Part shown: one piece after another, positions 56,034-63,840 of the stretch
Layout of the letters: each line of letters begins with the position of its first letter
Numbering within the stretch: position 1 is the first letter of the stretch
From: a virus
DNA: 64,000 nucleotides
Virus record (IMG/VR): IMGVR_UViG_3300034683_000192
Span: 32,001-96,000 of that record
Direction: 5' to 3' (one strand)
The notes under the pieces: generated by a model
What the model saw: only the letters and a program-made list of their open reading frames with translations
What the model was told of the DNA's origin: nothing
Database searches by the model: none
Program-made: the position numbers and the translations under genes

Positions 56034-57365
56034 TCAGAGTGTCGGGTACGAAGATTTGTTGAGTACATGGTATTCGATGCCAGTACTCACAAACGACAGG
56101 TATGTTCTTCCATCGAAAACGTTTTCAGCGAATTCGTCGAGAAGAGTTTCTCCAAGAAGAACTCCCATGCACCTAGAGAGTTTCAGTGCAAACTCCCTGG
56201 TTTTCTGTTCCATGTACGCATTCTTCGCATCAGATGGCGGATAGAATTGATACGTGGGATGCAGTGCCAGAAAGTCGAATGCACTTTCATTGAGAGGATC
56301 CGCAATGAAGATCAGAAAGATTTCGCTGGCCGCACACGTGACAATCGTCCAGTTTCTTGTAAGGAAATCAGGATCGACATTCGGGAACATAGTGGGAAGA
56401 AGAGTCTCGATAGATTTCAGCTTGAGTGCCGAAGGATACATCACTCGGTCAGGACGAACAGTTGTGTTCGGCCAGATCGGAATAACGTAAAATTGGCCAG
56501 TAACGAAAAGATCAGGGAGAATTGCTTCCCACACTTCTTTCGTTGCCAAACCATACGAAAGTATCTTCTCTCGGATAGCTTTTCGTATCTCGAGAGTGCT
56601 CGGTTTGGCTCCCTTGTAGAGGATACCAAATGGCATCATCTTGACCGTATTTGAATTAATGATGTACTTTGTGTTGTACACCAAAACTCCGCTATGATCA
56701 CCAGTCACAACTTTGGGATCGAGCATCCCGAGGCTGATAGTAGTACTCTGAATGATGGCATCTACAGTATTGCTTACTTGACCCGGGTTGAGCAAAGTAG
56801 CAGCGTTGCACGGCATGACTACTTCAGATATGGTCGAAAGAGGATAGTCGCTCGCGAATGTGACACGACTCATCCAAAATTTGAATTGCTCGGTACCTGA
56901 ACCGAGAGCAATCTCAAACTGGATATAGTCCCGCATGGTCTTCGGACCAATTCCATCTGCAGGGATACCAGTACCAGTAAACCTTGTACCAAGGCGCAGC
57001 GATTCCTGGATGTATACTACACTGTATCTGGGATCGGTAGTCAACTCTTCTTCGAGTACCGCAAGAGAAGTATCTTCTGCGGTATAGATTTTTTCGATGA
57101 TTTCGAAAAGAAGATTTCTTTCTTCTTCGGTGAGTTTGGTGAAGATATGATCTTCTGCCAATTTGGATGCATCCATGTACAACCGAATTTTTCCGGTATA
57201 TGCTGGATTGATTCTTGTCTCACGTACGTCAGTGACCGTGAGACGCGTTTCGAAGTAGTTCTCGATCGTATCATCGAGATAGCACACAGGGGGAAGCGAG
57301 CTTTCGCCAACTTCGATAGTTGGTGCTGTACGGAAAAGTTCGTCTCCGATATAGCCGTAGATCAT
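56034..57365 (-). CDS. phiKZ-like virion structural protein
   Basis: 443 aa; MIYGY...VGESS N-terminus and LPDLF...FYVIPIW motif; GGAG SD. Confidence 0.65.
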   Translation of the reverse strand: MIYGYIGDELFRTAPTIEVGESSLPPVCYLDDTIENYFETRLTVTDVRETRINPAYTGKIRLYMDASKLAEDHIFTKLTEEERNLLFEIIEKIYTAEDTSLAVLEEELTTDPRYSVVYIQESLRLGTRFTGTGIPADGIGPKTMRDYIQFEIALGSGTEQFKFWMSRVTFASDYPLSTISEVVMPCNAATLLNPGQVSNTVDAIIQSTTISLGMLDPKVVTGDHSGVLVYNTKYIINSNTVKMMPFGILYKGAKPSTLEIRKAIREKILSYGLATKEVWEAILPDLFVTGQFYVIPIWPNTTVRPDRVMYPSALKLKSIETLLPTMFPNVDPDFLTRNWTIVTCAASEIFLIFIADPLNESAFDFLALHPTYQFYPPSDAKNAYMEQKTREFALKLSRCMGVLLGETLLDEFAENVFDGRTYLSFVSTGIEYHVLNKSSYPTL

Positions 57366-57445
57366 GAGATTCTCCTTCTCGTATTTTCAAAGATGAAGCA
57401 TAAAATGAACAAAAAATAAACAACATGCAGCATAATCTTAAAGCA

Positions 57446-57473
57446 GGAGGAGGGGCGCCCGTGCCCCTCCTCC
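57446..57473. terminator. hairpin
   Basis: GGAGGAGGGGC GCCCGT GCCCCTCCTCC. Confidence 0.72.
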
Positions 57474-57655
57474 GAAATGTGGCAACGTAAAGTTGCGAAG
57501 AATCAGACGACCGGATGCGGCCGATGTTCGTGAGGGAGTCTACGTGGACGTCACCTCAGAAACCCTTTAATTCAGTTGACGATTGTCAATGCGAATATAC
57601 CCACGAATGAGTATCTGTGAAATATTCGGTGCAGTTTACCTCCCCTCTATAGAGA
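57474..57655. ncRNA. candidate structured RNA / 3' UTR element
   Basis: Non-coding 180 nt with several short stems (GCAAC/GTTGC, TGAGG/CCTCA, TTGAC/GTCAA, CGAATAT/ATATTCG), ending at hairpin 57446-57473. Confidence 0.3.
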
Positions 57656-58291
57656 CTAGCTGTGAACTGTCACTTCTCCTAAATCAATCCACTCGTTGTG
57701 TCGCATAGCCTGTGAAAGTTGTTCCGCTCGAGTTCCAACTTCTTTCCAATACTTAGTCTTCTTTGCTCCAGTATAAAGAATTTCACGTGCTGCTTTCTTG
57801 TACTGCCCTTTCTCAGATGCAGCCAAGAAATTCTTGAATTTATAGATTCCACTACTCCCGAGATTGTAGACCATATTGATCATGACCTGCTTTCGTACGG
57901 GAGACATATCCCTCCACCACGGGAATTCTGCGTCTAGCTGATTGACAGCATTCTGTACGTCGATGAGTAGCCACGCGTATGCTTGCTTCTCACCTACTGC
58001 TTTTCTGTTCGGAGAATCGATACGTCGTCCGTATCCTTGAGTCCAGTAGCCTTTGCTACATTTGTAGGGTTTTGAGGAAAATCCCTCATGGACCATGATG
58101 ACTTGTGCAGCCTCACGGACAAGTTTGAGAGTTTCTGCCCGAGGATCGGACAATACAGCATGACTGATTTTTCCACGGACTTCGTGAGTAGCAGTCAGTT
58201 CGGCGACCATACCATTCGCTTCTTTTCCGGACACCGGAAAGAGAATAACGAAAAGCATAAGCACACCGGCGATGAAGTTACTCAACGGCAT
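57656..58291 (-). CDS. GH24 (T4-type) lysozyme with N-terminal signal/SAR segment
   Basis: HEGFSSKPYKCSKGYWTQGYG = E-x8-C-x5-T triad; NMVYNLG and RAEQL motifs; MPLSNFIAGVLMLFVILFP leader behind AGGAGG. Confidence 0.9.
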   Translation of the reverse strand: MPLSNFIAGVLMLFVILFPVSGKEANGMVAELTATHEVRGKISHAVLSDPRAETLKLVREAAQVIMVHEGFSSKPYKCSKGYWTQGYGRRIDSPNRKAVGEKQAYAWLLIDVQNAVNQLDAEFPWWRDMSPVRKQVMINMVYNLGSSGIYKFKNFLAASEKGQYKKAAREILYTGAKKTKYWKEVGTRAEQLSQAMRHNEWIDLGEVTVHS

Positions 58292-58331
58292 ACACATCCT
58301 CCTGTTAAGGTCAATACAGTTCATCTAGAAG

Positions 58332-58339
58332 GTAATATA
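58332..58339 (-). promoter_or_regulatory. early promoter TATATTAC (lysozyme)
   Basis: Exact consensus. Confidence 0.75.
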
Positions 58340-58400
58340 TATTCGTATCACCTTCGATGAGTGGAAAATATGCTCCCTGTAGTATAATGTCCTATTTGTG

Positions 58401-58433
58401 TAGAAAGATGTGGGATACCCCCACATCTTTCTA
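58401..58433. terminator. hairpin after nrdG
   Basis: TAGAAAGATGTGGG/CCCACATCTTTCTA. Confidence 0.75.
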
Positions 58434-58436
58434 GTG

Positions 58437-59153
58437 TTATCGAACTGCAAATCTGAAAGCGGAATATGTGGATGTCATCATCTTTTCAATTGATCGAAGA
58501 GATCCTGGTCCATAGATGTCCCGGTCGGTTAGATCCCCGACTTTGTTCGTTTGGTTAAGATACCAGATAAATCCTGGCCAGTGACCATGGTCTTTGACGA
58601 GAGCTGCATGAACTGATTGAAGAAAATCGCCAACTTCTACAAAAAACTCAGCTGGATTGAGTTCAGTAGTAGGCGTAGTACGAAATTCAAAACGACGTGC
58701 TTTTTGTATGATACATGTAATCGATTTCTTGATTCTTTCTTCGATATTCGGAATGGTACATAGTTTCAAGTAATTTGAAAAGCTGGTTTTGATATCCATT
58801 GCAACGTACGAAACACATCCTTGATCGAGTATGGTTTCGAGCATTTCAGGATTAAATCCATTTGTATCGAGTTTGATCAAAAATCCTTCCTCTTTTAGTA
58901 AACGGATAAATTGAGGAAGAGAATTGTGCATGGTAGGTTCACCACCAGTAATTGTGACCGCATCAAAGAGTTTCTTATTCTTTTTGAGTTTCTTGAAGAT
59001 CTCATCAAGATCTGCTGTTAACACACGACCTCTGGCGAGATCTACATTGTGACAATAGTTGCAGTGCATATTGCACCCGACAGTGAATATGGTACTACAA
59101 GTTTCATCAGGAAAATCGACATGAGAGATGATCACATTTTTCGCTAAAATCAT
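58437..59153 (-). CDS. nrdG: anaerobic ribonucleotide reductase activating protein (radical SAM)
   Basis: VDFPD...TIFTVGCNMHCNYCHN (CxxxCxxC), TITGGEPT, IKLDTNG, YVAMDIK, FEFRTT. Confidence 0.85.
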   Translation of the reverse strand: MILAKNVIISHVDFPDETCSTIFTVGCNMHCNYCHNVDLARGRVLTADLDEIFKKLKKNKKLFDAVTITGGEPTMHNSLPQFIRLLKEEGFLIKLDTNGFNPEMLETILDQGCVSYVAMDIKTSFSNYLKLCTIPNIEERIKKSITCIIQKARRFEFRTTPTTELNPAEFFVEVGDFLQSVHAALVKDHGHWPGFIWYLNQTNKVGDLTDRDIYGPGSLRSIEKMMTSTYSAFRFAVR

Positions 59154-59205
59154 GAGTATGTACCCTCCCTATACCACTATCTAGTTATAGCAAAAAATAA
59201 ATACA

Positions 59206-59233
59206 GAGGGGTTCCCTAGTTTGGGAACCCCTC
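59206..59233. terminator. hairpin
   Basis: GAGGGGTTCCC/GGGAACCCCTC. Confidence 0.72.
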
Positions 59234-59245
59234 ATTCTCGGTCAG

Positions 59246-59629
59246 TTATACTGCACCGAAATTTCGGTGATGGATGATCGTCGTGTACGGCTCAGGGTGG
59301 CCGTTGTGGAAGTTGGACGCGATCGACTTGATCATTGCCAGCCGATCACGTTTCTCTTTGATTTCCGGATAGAACCGGGCCCCGACTCTGGCTGCTAAGT
59401 AAAGCTTCCAGCTTTCCGTGATGAGGTTCGCGACTTTTTCGCGAGCTTTCTCACTTTCGTCATCCATCAGCTCGAGAAATTCCAGATACATGTAGCGCTG
59501 ACGATCCTTGGGAGGCATCGCCTGTATCCGCGCCAGACGTTCTGCTTTTTTGCGCTCTTCTTCTGCTATGCGCGCTTTCTCGGCCTTGATTTTTATGTTC
59601 GCGATCACATCTTTCAGTGATTGTCTCAT
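59246..59629 (-). CDS. charged helical hypothetical protein
   Basis: Start reassigned to MRQSL (GGGAGG SD). Confidence 0.7.
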   Translation of the reverse strand: MRQSLKDVIANIKIKAEKARIAEEERKKAERLARIQAMPPKDRQRYMYLEFLELMDDESEKAREKVANLITESWKLYLAARVGARFYPEIKEKRDRLAMIKSIASNFHNGHPEPYTTIIHHRNFGAV

Positions 59630-59642
59630 CGGTCTTCCTCCC

Positions 59643-59810
59643 TTACCGATGGTTAAGATGTGCGTAGGGAATACGATCGGTGGACCAACGTGCACCAATC
59701 GGATCCATGACAGTGTAGATCTGACCGGAAATGATTCCGATCATGATCATACCCATCACTACAAGATACGGCATCCACCGAACCTTGTCACGCTTGTAAA
59801 TGTTTCTCAT
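59643..59810 (-). CDS. small single-pass membrane protein MRNIYKRDKVRWMPYLVVMGMIMIGIISGQIYTVMDP... (55 aa, not in ORF track)
   Basis: AAGGAG SD; basic N-terminus plus one hydrophobic helix; first ORF after the TATATTCC promoter variant. Confidence 0.7.
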   Translation of the reverse strand: MRNIYKRDKVRWMPYLVVMGMIMIGIISGQIYTVMDPIGARWSTDRIPYAHLNHR

Positions 59811-59861
59811 CTCTTCTCCTTATTCAGCTGACCTTATTGAGATTGGTTAGACCTCAATGTT

Positions 59862-59869
59862 GGAATATA
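59862..59869 (-). promoter_or_regulatory. early promoter variant TATATTCC
   Basis: One mismatch; followed by an AACCAA leader. Confidence 0.55.
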
Positions 59870-59929
59870 TATCCGACTAAAGGACGAGTAACATCGGGAA
59901 ATGTGGAGTTTCCTCAATGTCATAATTTC

Positions 59930-60772
59930 TTAACAGAATGCGTTCTTCAGCATCTTGATCACGTAGTCGATCTTCTTGACCAGCTCAGCATATCGTTCGG
60001 GATCCTTGGAAGGAATGGTCAGATTCTGTACGGAGAAGATCGGACACACGGAATCTTCGGCGACTGCGACGATGAGTTTGCGGTCACCCCAGACGTCGTG
60101 ATCCAGTACGAGAAGTTCTTCATTCGTACTTGCAGAGAAGACGTCGGTGAATCTGGTCCGCATACAGAATTTCGAAATGTCGTCCGAATGATTCACATTC
60201 CACACTTCCACCCCGACAGGGCTATGGGAATTGAGGAAAGAGACGAAGTCGTAATGCACCCTGATCGCCGTCGGATATGTCCGATTCCCTTCATCGATTG
60301 GGGTTCTGAGCGTATTCGCGAGTACGTCGATCAACGTACGACTGACGAAGTCGTGTCGCGTGAACGCGGCGTGGCCGTACAGCAACGAATCGATGCGTTT
60401 GTCTGAGATTTTGTAGAACGTACAGCGCGCGATGTCGAGAGGAAGTGAAAACTTGTACGACGGCTCTTCGGATGAACCTTCGGCAATGCGAAGTTCCGTA
60501 TCGGTGATTTCGATGATCATACTCTTCGTGATCGAGTGTATCTTGATCACGTCCGGAGTACTTTTGTAATTCCACGCATTGTGGATGGTTTCGACCATTT
60601 GCGAAATGGAATCACTCGAGAAATCCACCAGGTACTCGACTTTTCCCGAATCGCAGCAGAAGATGGTACAGAGTTTCGGATTGTCCGTCGAGAAGATCTG
60701 CATCTTTTTGTTTTCGACGTCCATACCAAGCAACATTTTTTCCAGGTTGTTCCAACCAAAGATTCTTTCCAT
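59930..60772 (-). CDS. hypothetical protein
   Basis: 280 aa; GAGG SD. Confidence 0.75.
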   Translation of the reverse strand: MERIFGWNNLEKMLLGMDVENKKMQIFSTDNPKLCTIFCCDSGKVEYLVDFSSDSISQMVETIHNAWNYKSTPDVIKIHSITKSMIIEITDTELRIAEGSSEEPSYKFSLPLDIARCTFYKISDKRIDSLLYGHAAFTRHDFVSRTLIDVLANTLRTPIDEGNRTYPTAIRVHYDFVSFLNSHSPVGVEVWNVNHSDDISKFCMRTRFTDVFSASTNEELLVLDHDVWGDRKLIVAVAEDSVCPIFSVQNLTIPSKDPERYAELVKKIDYVIKMLKNAFC

Positions 60773-60818
60773 GAGATGTCCCTCTTATTGATCGGTATTT
60801 AACCAGACTGAGATTGGA

Positions 60819-61088
60819 TTATTTGGATGTGTCCAATGAGTCACCGATTGGGTTAATCTTGACGCACATTCCTCGAATGACTATCGTACTACGATTGTCT
60901 CGATTTTCATGGGAGTTAGGAACTTGATAGAGAAAGGATTGATGTCCCATTGCGATATCGTCAGCGATAGCGATGCATTGTTTGCGTGAGTTATACACAC
61001 CGATTTCGATTGGGGTTATTTGTGGAGAAGTGTGTACCGTGGGAGGAAATGCAATCAAGAGAATGATGAGTTTCCACGAGGTGAGCAT
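60819..61088 (-). CDS. small exported or membrane hypothetical protein
   Basis: Hydrophobic N-terminus WKLIILLIAFP; two Cys that could form a disulfide. Confidence 0.65.
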   Translation of the reverse strand: MLTSWKLIILLIAFPPTVHTSPQITPIEIGVYNSRKQCIAIADDIAMGHQSFLYQVPNSHENRDNRSTIVIRGMCVKINPIGDSLDTSK

Positions 61089-61102
61089 AACTATCCTTTT
61101 CT

Positions 61103-61126
61103 GGGGCTGAGATTTCTCTCAGCCCC
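61103..61126. terminator. hairpin
   Basis: GGGGCTGAGA TTTC TCTCAGCCCC. Confidence 0.7.
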
Positions 61127-61140
61127 TATGAATTTGGTGA

Positions 61141-62133
61141 TTAGTCTTCGGGATTCAAATACTTGGCAATTGCGCTGTGGATATGGAACGATGAACCCAC
61201 TGCGTCACTGAGACGACTGGCATGCCATTGCTCATCAGCCGGGCGTTTTTGGATGGTGTTGGCGAATACTTTTGTCAGTGCCGACATGAACGAGTATTCG
61301 ATTTCTGCCATTGCTGCTTGGGCATACCGATCCCATACGCGCATCTTGTCGACATGCGCATCACGAAGTTCGCGTATGAGTTCGTAATCCCCCGACGTTT
61401 CGTCCTGGTGTACTCGGTAAACTGCACGCACGGTGTAGTTTTCACCAGGGACATAGACGAAGAATTTCGTACGCGTATCCGACGGAACGAATCGCGGGTG
61501 CGGACGACCGCCATTACGAATGACTCGAAGAAATTCGTCAGGAGAAGACGACTTGATGTAAATCGTCGGTTCATCTTTGTCGAACAGGATTTCCTGAATG
61601 CTCTGTACTTCGAGTTTTGGCCGGATTTGAGCCGTATAGTTGGTATACCCACTATCAGCAGAGAATCCATCCACGACAGTATCTGCATTTTTCAGCAGAT
61701 TCATGCACGCATCATCGAAGTCCCTTGTCTCCGAAAAGAACCAACACATTGCGGTTGTCGTGGCGACATCCTGAACTTTTCGAATTTTCTTCATGGGGGT
61801 TTTCGGCACTTTGATACCGAATCCGACATCTCTCAAGAACGTGAGCCCTGATACCATGGATTCTGCGGATTCGAACTCGAGTGTCACGCTAGGGAAATGT
61901 CCGGTATTGTACGAGAAACACGAGAACGGTCGAGCGTGCGGAAGTTTGGTACCAACGATCTTCACCGGGCAGCCGTTTTCCCACGTATCCATCAGTAGAA
62001 CAATTGGTAGAAACTGGGAATGGATCGAATGAAAAATCTTGCTGGTGCACTTCAGGTTAGGACACGTTCTTTCCGTCCAGGTGTTCGGAGAAAACGCACC
62101 ACCACAGCTAGCACAGACATGTACCTTAGACAT
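61141..62133 (-). CDS. zinc-ribbon protein (CxxC...CPxxxC N-terminus)
   Basis: CASCGG...TCPNLKC; GGAGG SD; TACATTAC upstream. Confidence 0.7.
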   Translation of the reverse strand: MSKVHVCASCGGAFSPNTWTERTCPNLKCTSKIFHSIHSQFLPIVLLMDTWENGCPVKIVGTKLPHARPFSCFSYNTGHFPSVTLEFESAESMVSGLTFLRDVGFGIKVPKTPMKKIRKVQDVATTTAMCWFFSETRDFDDACMNLLKNADTVVDGFSADSGYTNYTAQIRPKLEVQSIQEILFDKDEPTIYIKSSSPDEFLRVIRNGGRPHPRFVPSDTRTKFFVYVPGENYTVRAVYRVHQDETSGDYELIRELRDAHVDKMRVWDRYAQAAMAEIEYSFMSALTKVFANTIQKRPADEQWHASRLSDAVGSSFHIHSAIAKYLNPED

Positions 62134-62199
62134 AAAGCCTCCATTTGGTTTAGACCCTGTTCGCTACATGGAGTTGGGTCTTTTGGTATAGTTACTAAA

Positions 62200-62207
62200 G
62201 TAATGTA
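62200..62207 (-). promoter_or_regulatory. early promoter variant TACATTAC
   Basis: One mismatch; AACCAA leader. Confidence 0.6.
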
Positions 62208-62224
62208 TATTTGTATCATTAACG

Positions 62225-62254
62225 AGAGGAGAGAGCCATATGGCTCTCTCCTCT
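62225..62254. terminator. perfect 30-bp palindrome after tmk
   Basis: AGAGGAGAGAGCCAT|ATGGCTCTCTCCTCT. Confidence 0.78.
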
Positions 62255-62259
62255 ATGTA

Positions 62260-62928
62260 TTACAATGGTGATCTTTCTCCAAGTTTTTCTCGAAGGAGAT
62301 TCTGTATTAATGAAAATACCTGATCAAATACTTCATCTTTCGTTTTGTTGGCATCCACGATACGAAATCTATCTGGATTCTTCTTTGCCCAATCCAAATA
62401 TCCATTTCGTACCTTTATATGAAATTCCATTTGTTCAGCTTCAAATCGTCCTTCTGCGGTCGCTGTACCATCTGTGATATTTCTTTTACGTGCACGTGTG
62501 ATACCCACTACAGGATCGACATCAAAGTAGATCGTCATGTCAGGCCAGATTTTTTCGACGGCGATATCGTTCAGGTGAAATAGATGTCCAACATCTAGTC
62601 CACGACTATATCCCTGATACACTATTGCGGAATCCGCAAATCGGTCACTGATCACTATACCGTCTTGTTCAAGTACTGGTTTGATCATGGCACCGACATG
62701 TTGAGCTCTATCTGCAAGATACAAGAAGAGCTCAGTAGTAGGAGTAAGATCCGTGCTCTCCATGTCAAGTAGGGCAGATCGAATCACTTTACCAATTCTA
62801 CTTGCCCCAGGTTCTCTGGTGAACATGACTGGAAGGGAATCAGTTGAAGGAAGTAACGATTTGAATCGTTCGATACAACTACTCTTTCCTGATCCTTCTC
62901 CACCTTCGAAAGTGATGAACGTGCCCAT
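62260..62928 (-). CDS. tmk: thymidylate kinase
   Basis: FITFEGGEGSGKS P-loop, TREPG, LYLADRAQH, SDRFADS, YQGY. Confidence 0.96.
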   Translation of the reverse strand: MGTFITFEGGEGSGKSSCIERFKSLLPSTDSLPVMFTREPGASRIGKVIRSALLDMESTDLTPTTELFLYLADRAQHVGAMIKPVLEQDGIVISDRFADSAIVYQGYSRGLDVGHLFHLNDIAVEKIWPDMTIYFDVDPVVGITRARKRNITDGTATAEGRFEAEQMEFHIKVRNGYLDWAKKNPDRFRIVDANKTKDEVFDQVFSLIQNLLREKLGERSPL

Positions 62929-62931
62929 CAG

Positions 62932-63438
62932 TTACCTCAATCCAGTATGGCCAAATCCATTACCTCCACGATGTGTGGGATATTGGTTGGCGATATCTTT
63001 CGTGGGAAGAAATCTTGCACGTACTGTCGGTACGATCAATAATTGCGCAATTCGTTCGTGTCGAACGATTTTACATCCCTCCGGTTTGGTGGCTCCTACA
63101 CAGATACTCATTTGTCCACGGTAATCACTATCGATCACCCCAGTCTGATTAACAATTCTAAGTCCACCATGTGTACTCATTCCTGATCTTACGATCATGA
63201 GTCCTGCATGATATTTCGGAAGAACGAGACCAAGTCCGGATGGAATTCGGAAAGTATCTCCGGGCATTACGGTAAGTTCTGATTCATCGAAACATGCACG
63301 AAGATCAAACCCGACAGCACCGTCAGTTTCGTATCTAGGTGGATGTGTAAGATAAATGTCATCAAAGTATTCCACAGGAATCTCTACTTCAAAGATAAAC
63401 TTTCGGAACATATTTCTGATAGTATTCACTATACTCAT
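62932..63438 (-). CDS. dut: dUTP diphosphatase (trimeric)
   Basis: GFDL, RSG, GVIDSDYRG, ERIAQL and RGGNGFGHTG motifs I-V. Confidence 0.96.
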   Translation of the reverse strand: MSIVNTIRNMFRKFIFEVEIPVEYFDDIYLTHPPRYETDGAVGFDLRACFDESELTVMPGDTFRIPSGLGLVLPKYHAGLMIVRSGMSTHGGLRIVNQTGVIDSDYRGQMSICVGATKPEGCKIVRHERIAQLLIVPTVRARFLPTKDIANQYPTHRGGNGFGHTGLR

Positions 63439-63493
63439 GATGATCTCCTTAACGTAGTGTACAATATCTTAATGTCGTGACAAAAAATAAATA

Positions 63494-63523
63494 GGAGTGG
63501 AGCCCTTTATAGGGGCCCACTCC
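63494..63523. terminator. imperfect hairpin
   Basis: GGAGTGGAGCCC/GGGGCCCACTCC. Confidence 0.65.
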
Positions 63524-63533
63524 ATAATCCAAT

Positions 63534-63683
63534 TTACTTCGATTCGTGATGGTACTTGAAAGAGAAATCTTTCGTTGTACTGTTAAATGACCCCTCAACT
63601 TCAGTAATTGATGTAGAACATGAAGCTAATAGAATTGAAAGTGCGAACAAAATGATTCTTCCATAGACAATAACTTTTTTCAT
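63534..63683 (-). CDS. small lipoprotein MKKVIVYGRIILFALSILLASCSTSITEVEGSFNSTTKDFSFKYHHESK (not in ORF track)
   Basis: LASC lipobox after a basic + hydrophobic leader; GGAGG SD; TATATTAC upstream. Confidence 0.75.
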   Translation of the reverse strand: MKKVIVYGRIILFALSILLASCSTSITEVEGSFNSTTKDFSFKYHHESK

Positions 63684-63770
63684 GAGATACCCTCCAGTAG
63701 GATGTTTACCGTCGTAACGGTATGGTTTAGTTTAGATTCAATTAACTAAATTGTCAAGAGAATCATAGCA

Positions 63771-63778
63771 GTAATATA
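63771..63778 (-). promoter_or_regulatory. early promoter TATATTAC (small lipoprotein)
   Basis: Exact consensus. Confidence 0.8.
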
Positions 63779-63840
63779 TCTGCATAGAATCGATCGATTA
63801 CATTTTGATGGAAAATGATATGTAATCATAGGAGGATCAA

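Noticed and set aside
57476-57532. Plus-strand peptide MWQRKVAKNQTTGCGRCS
   Set aside because: Its apparent SD is sequestered in the hairpin, there is no promoter evidence, and it is too short to support
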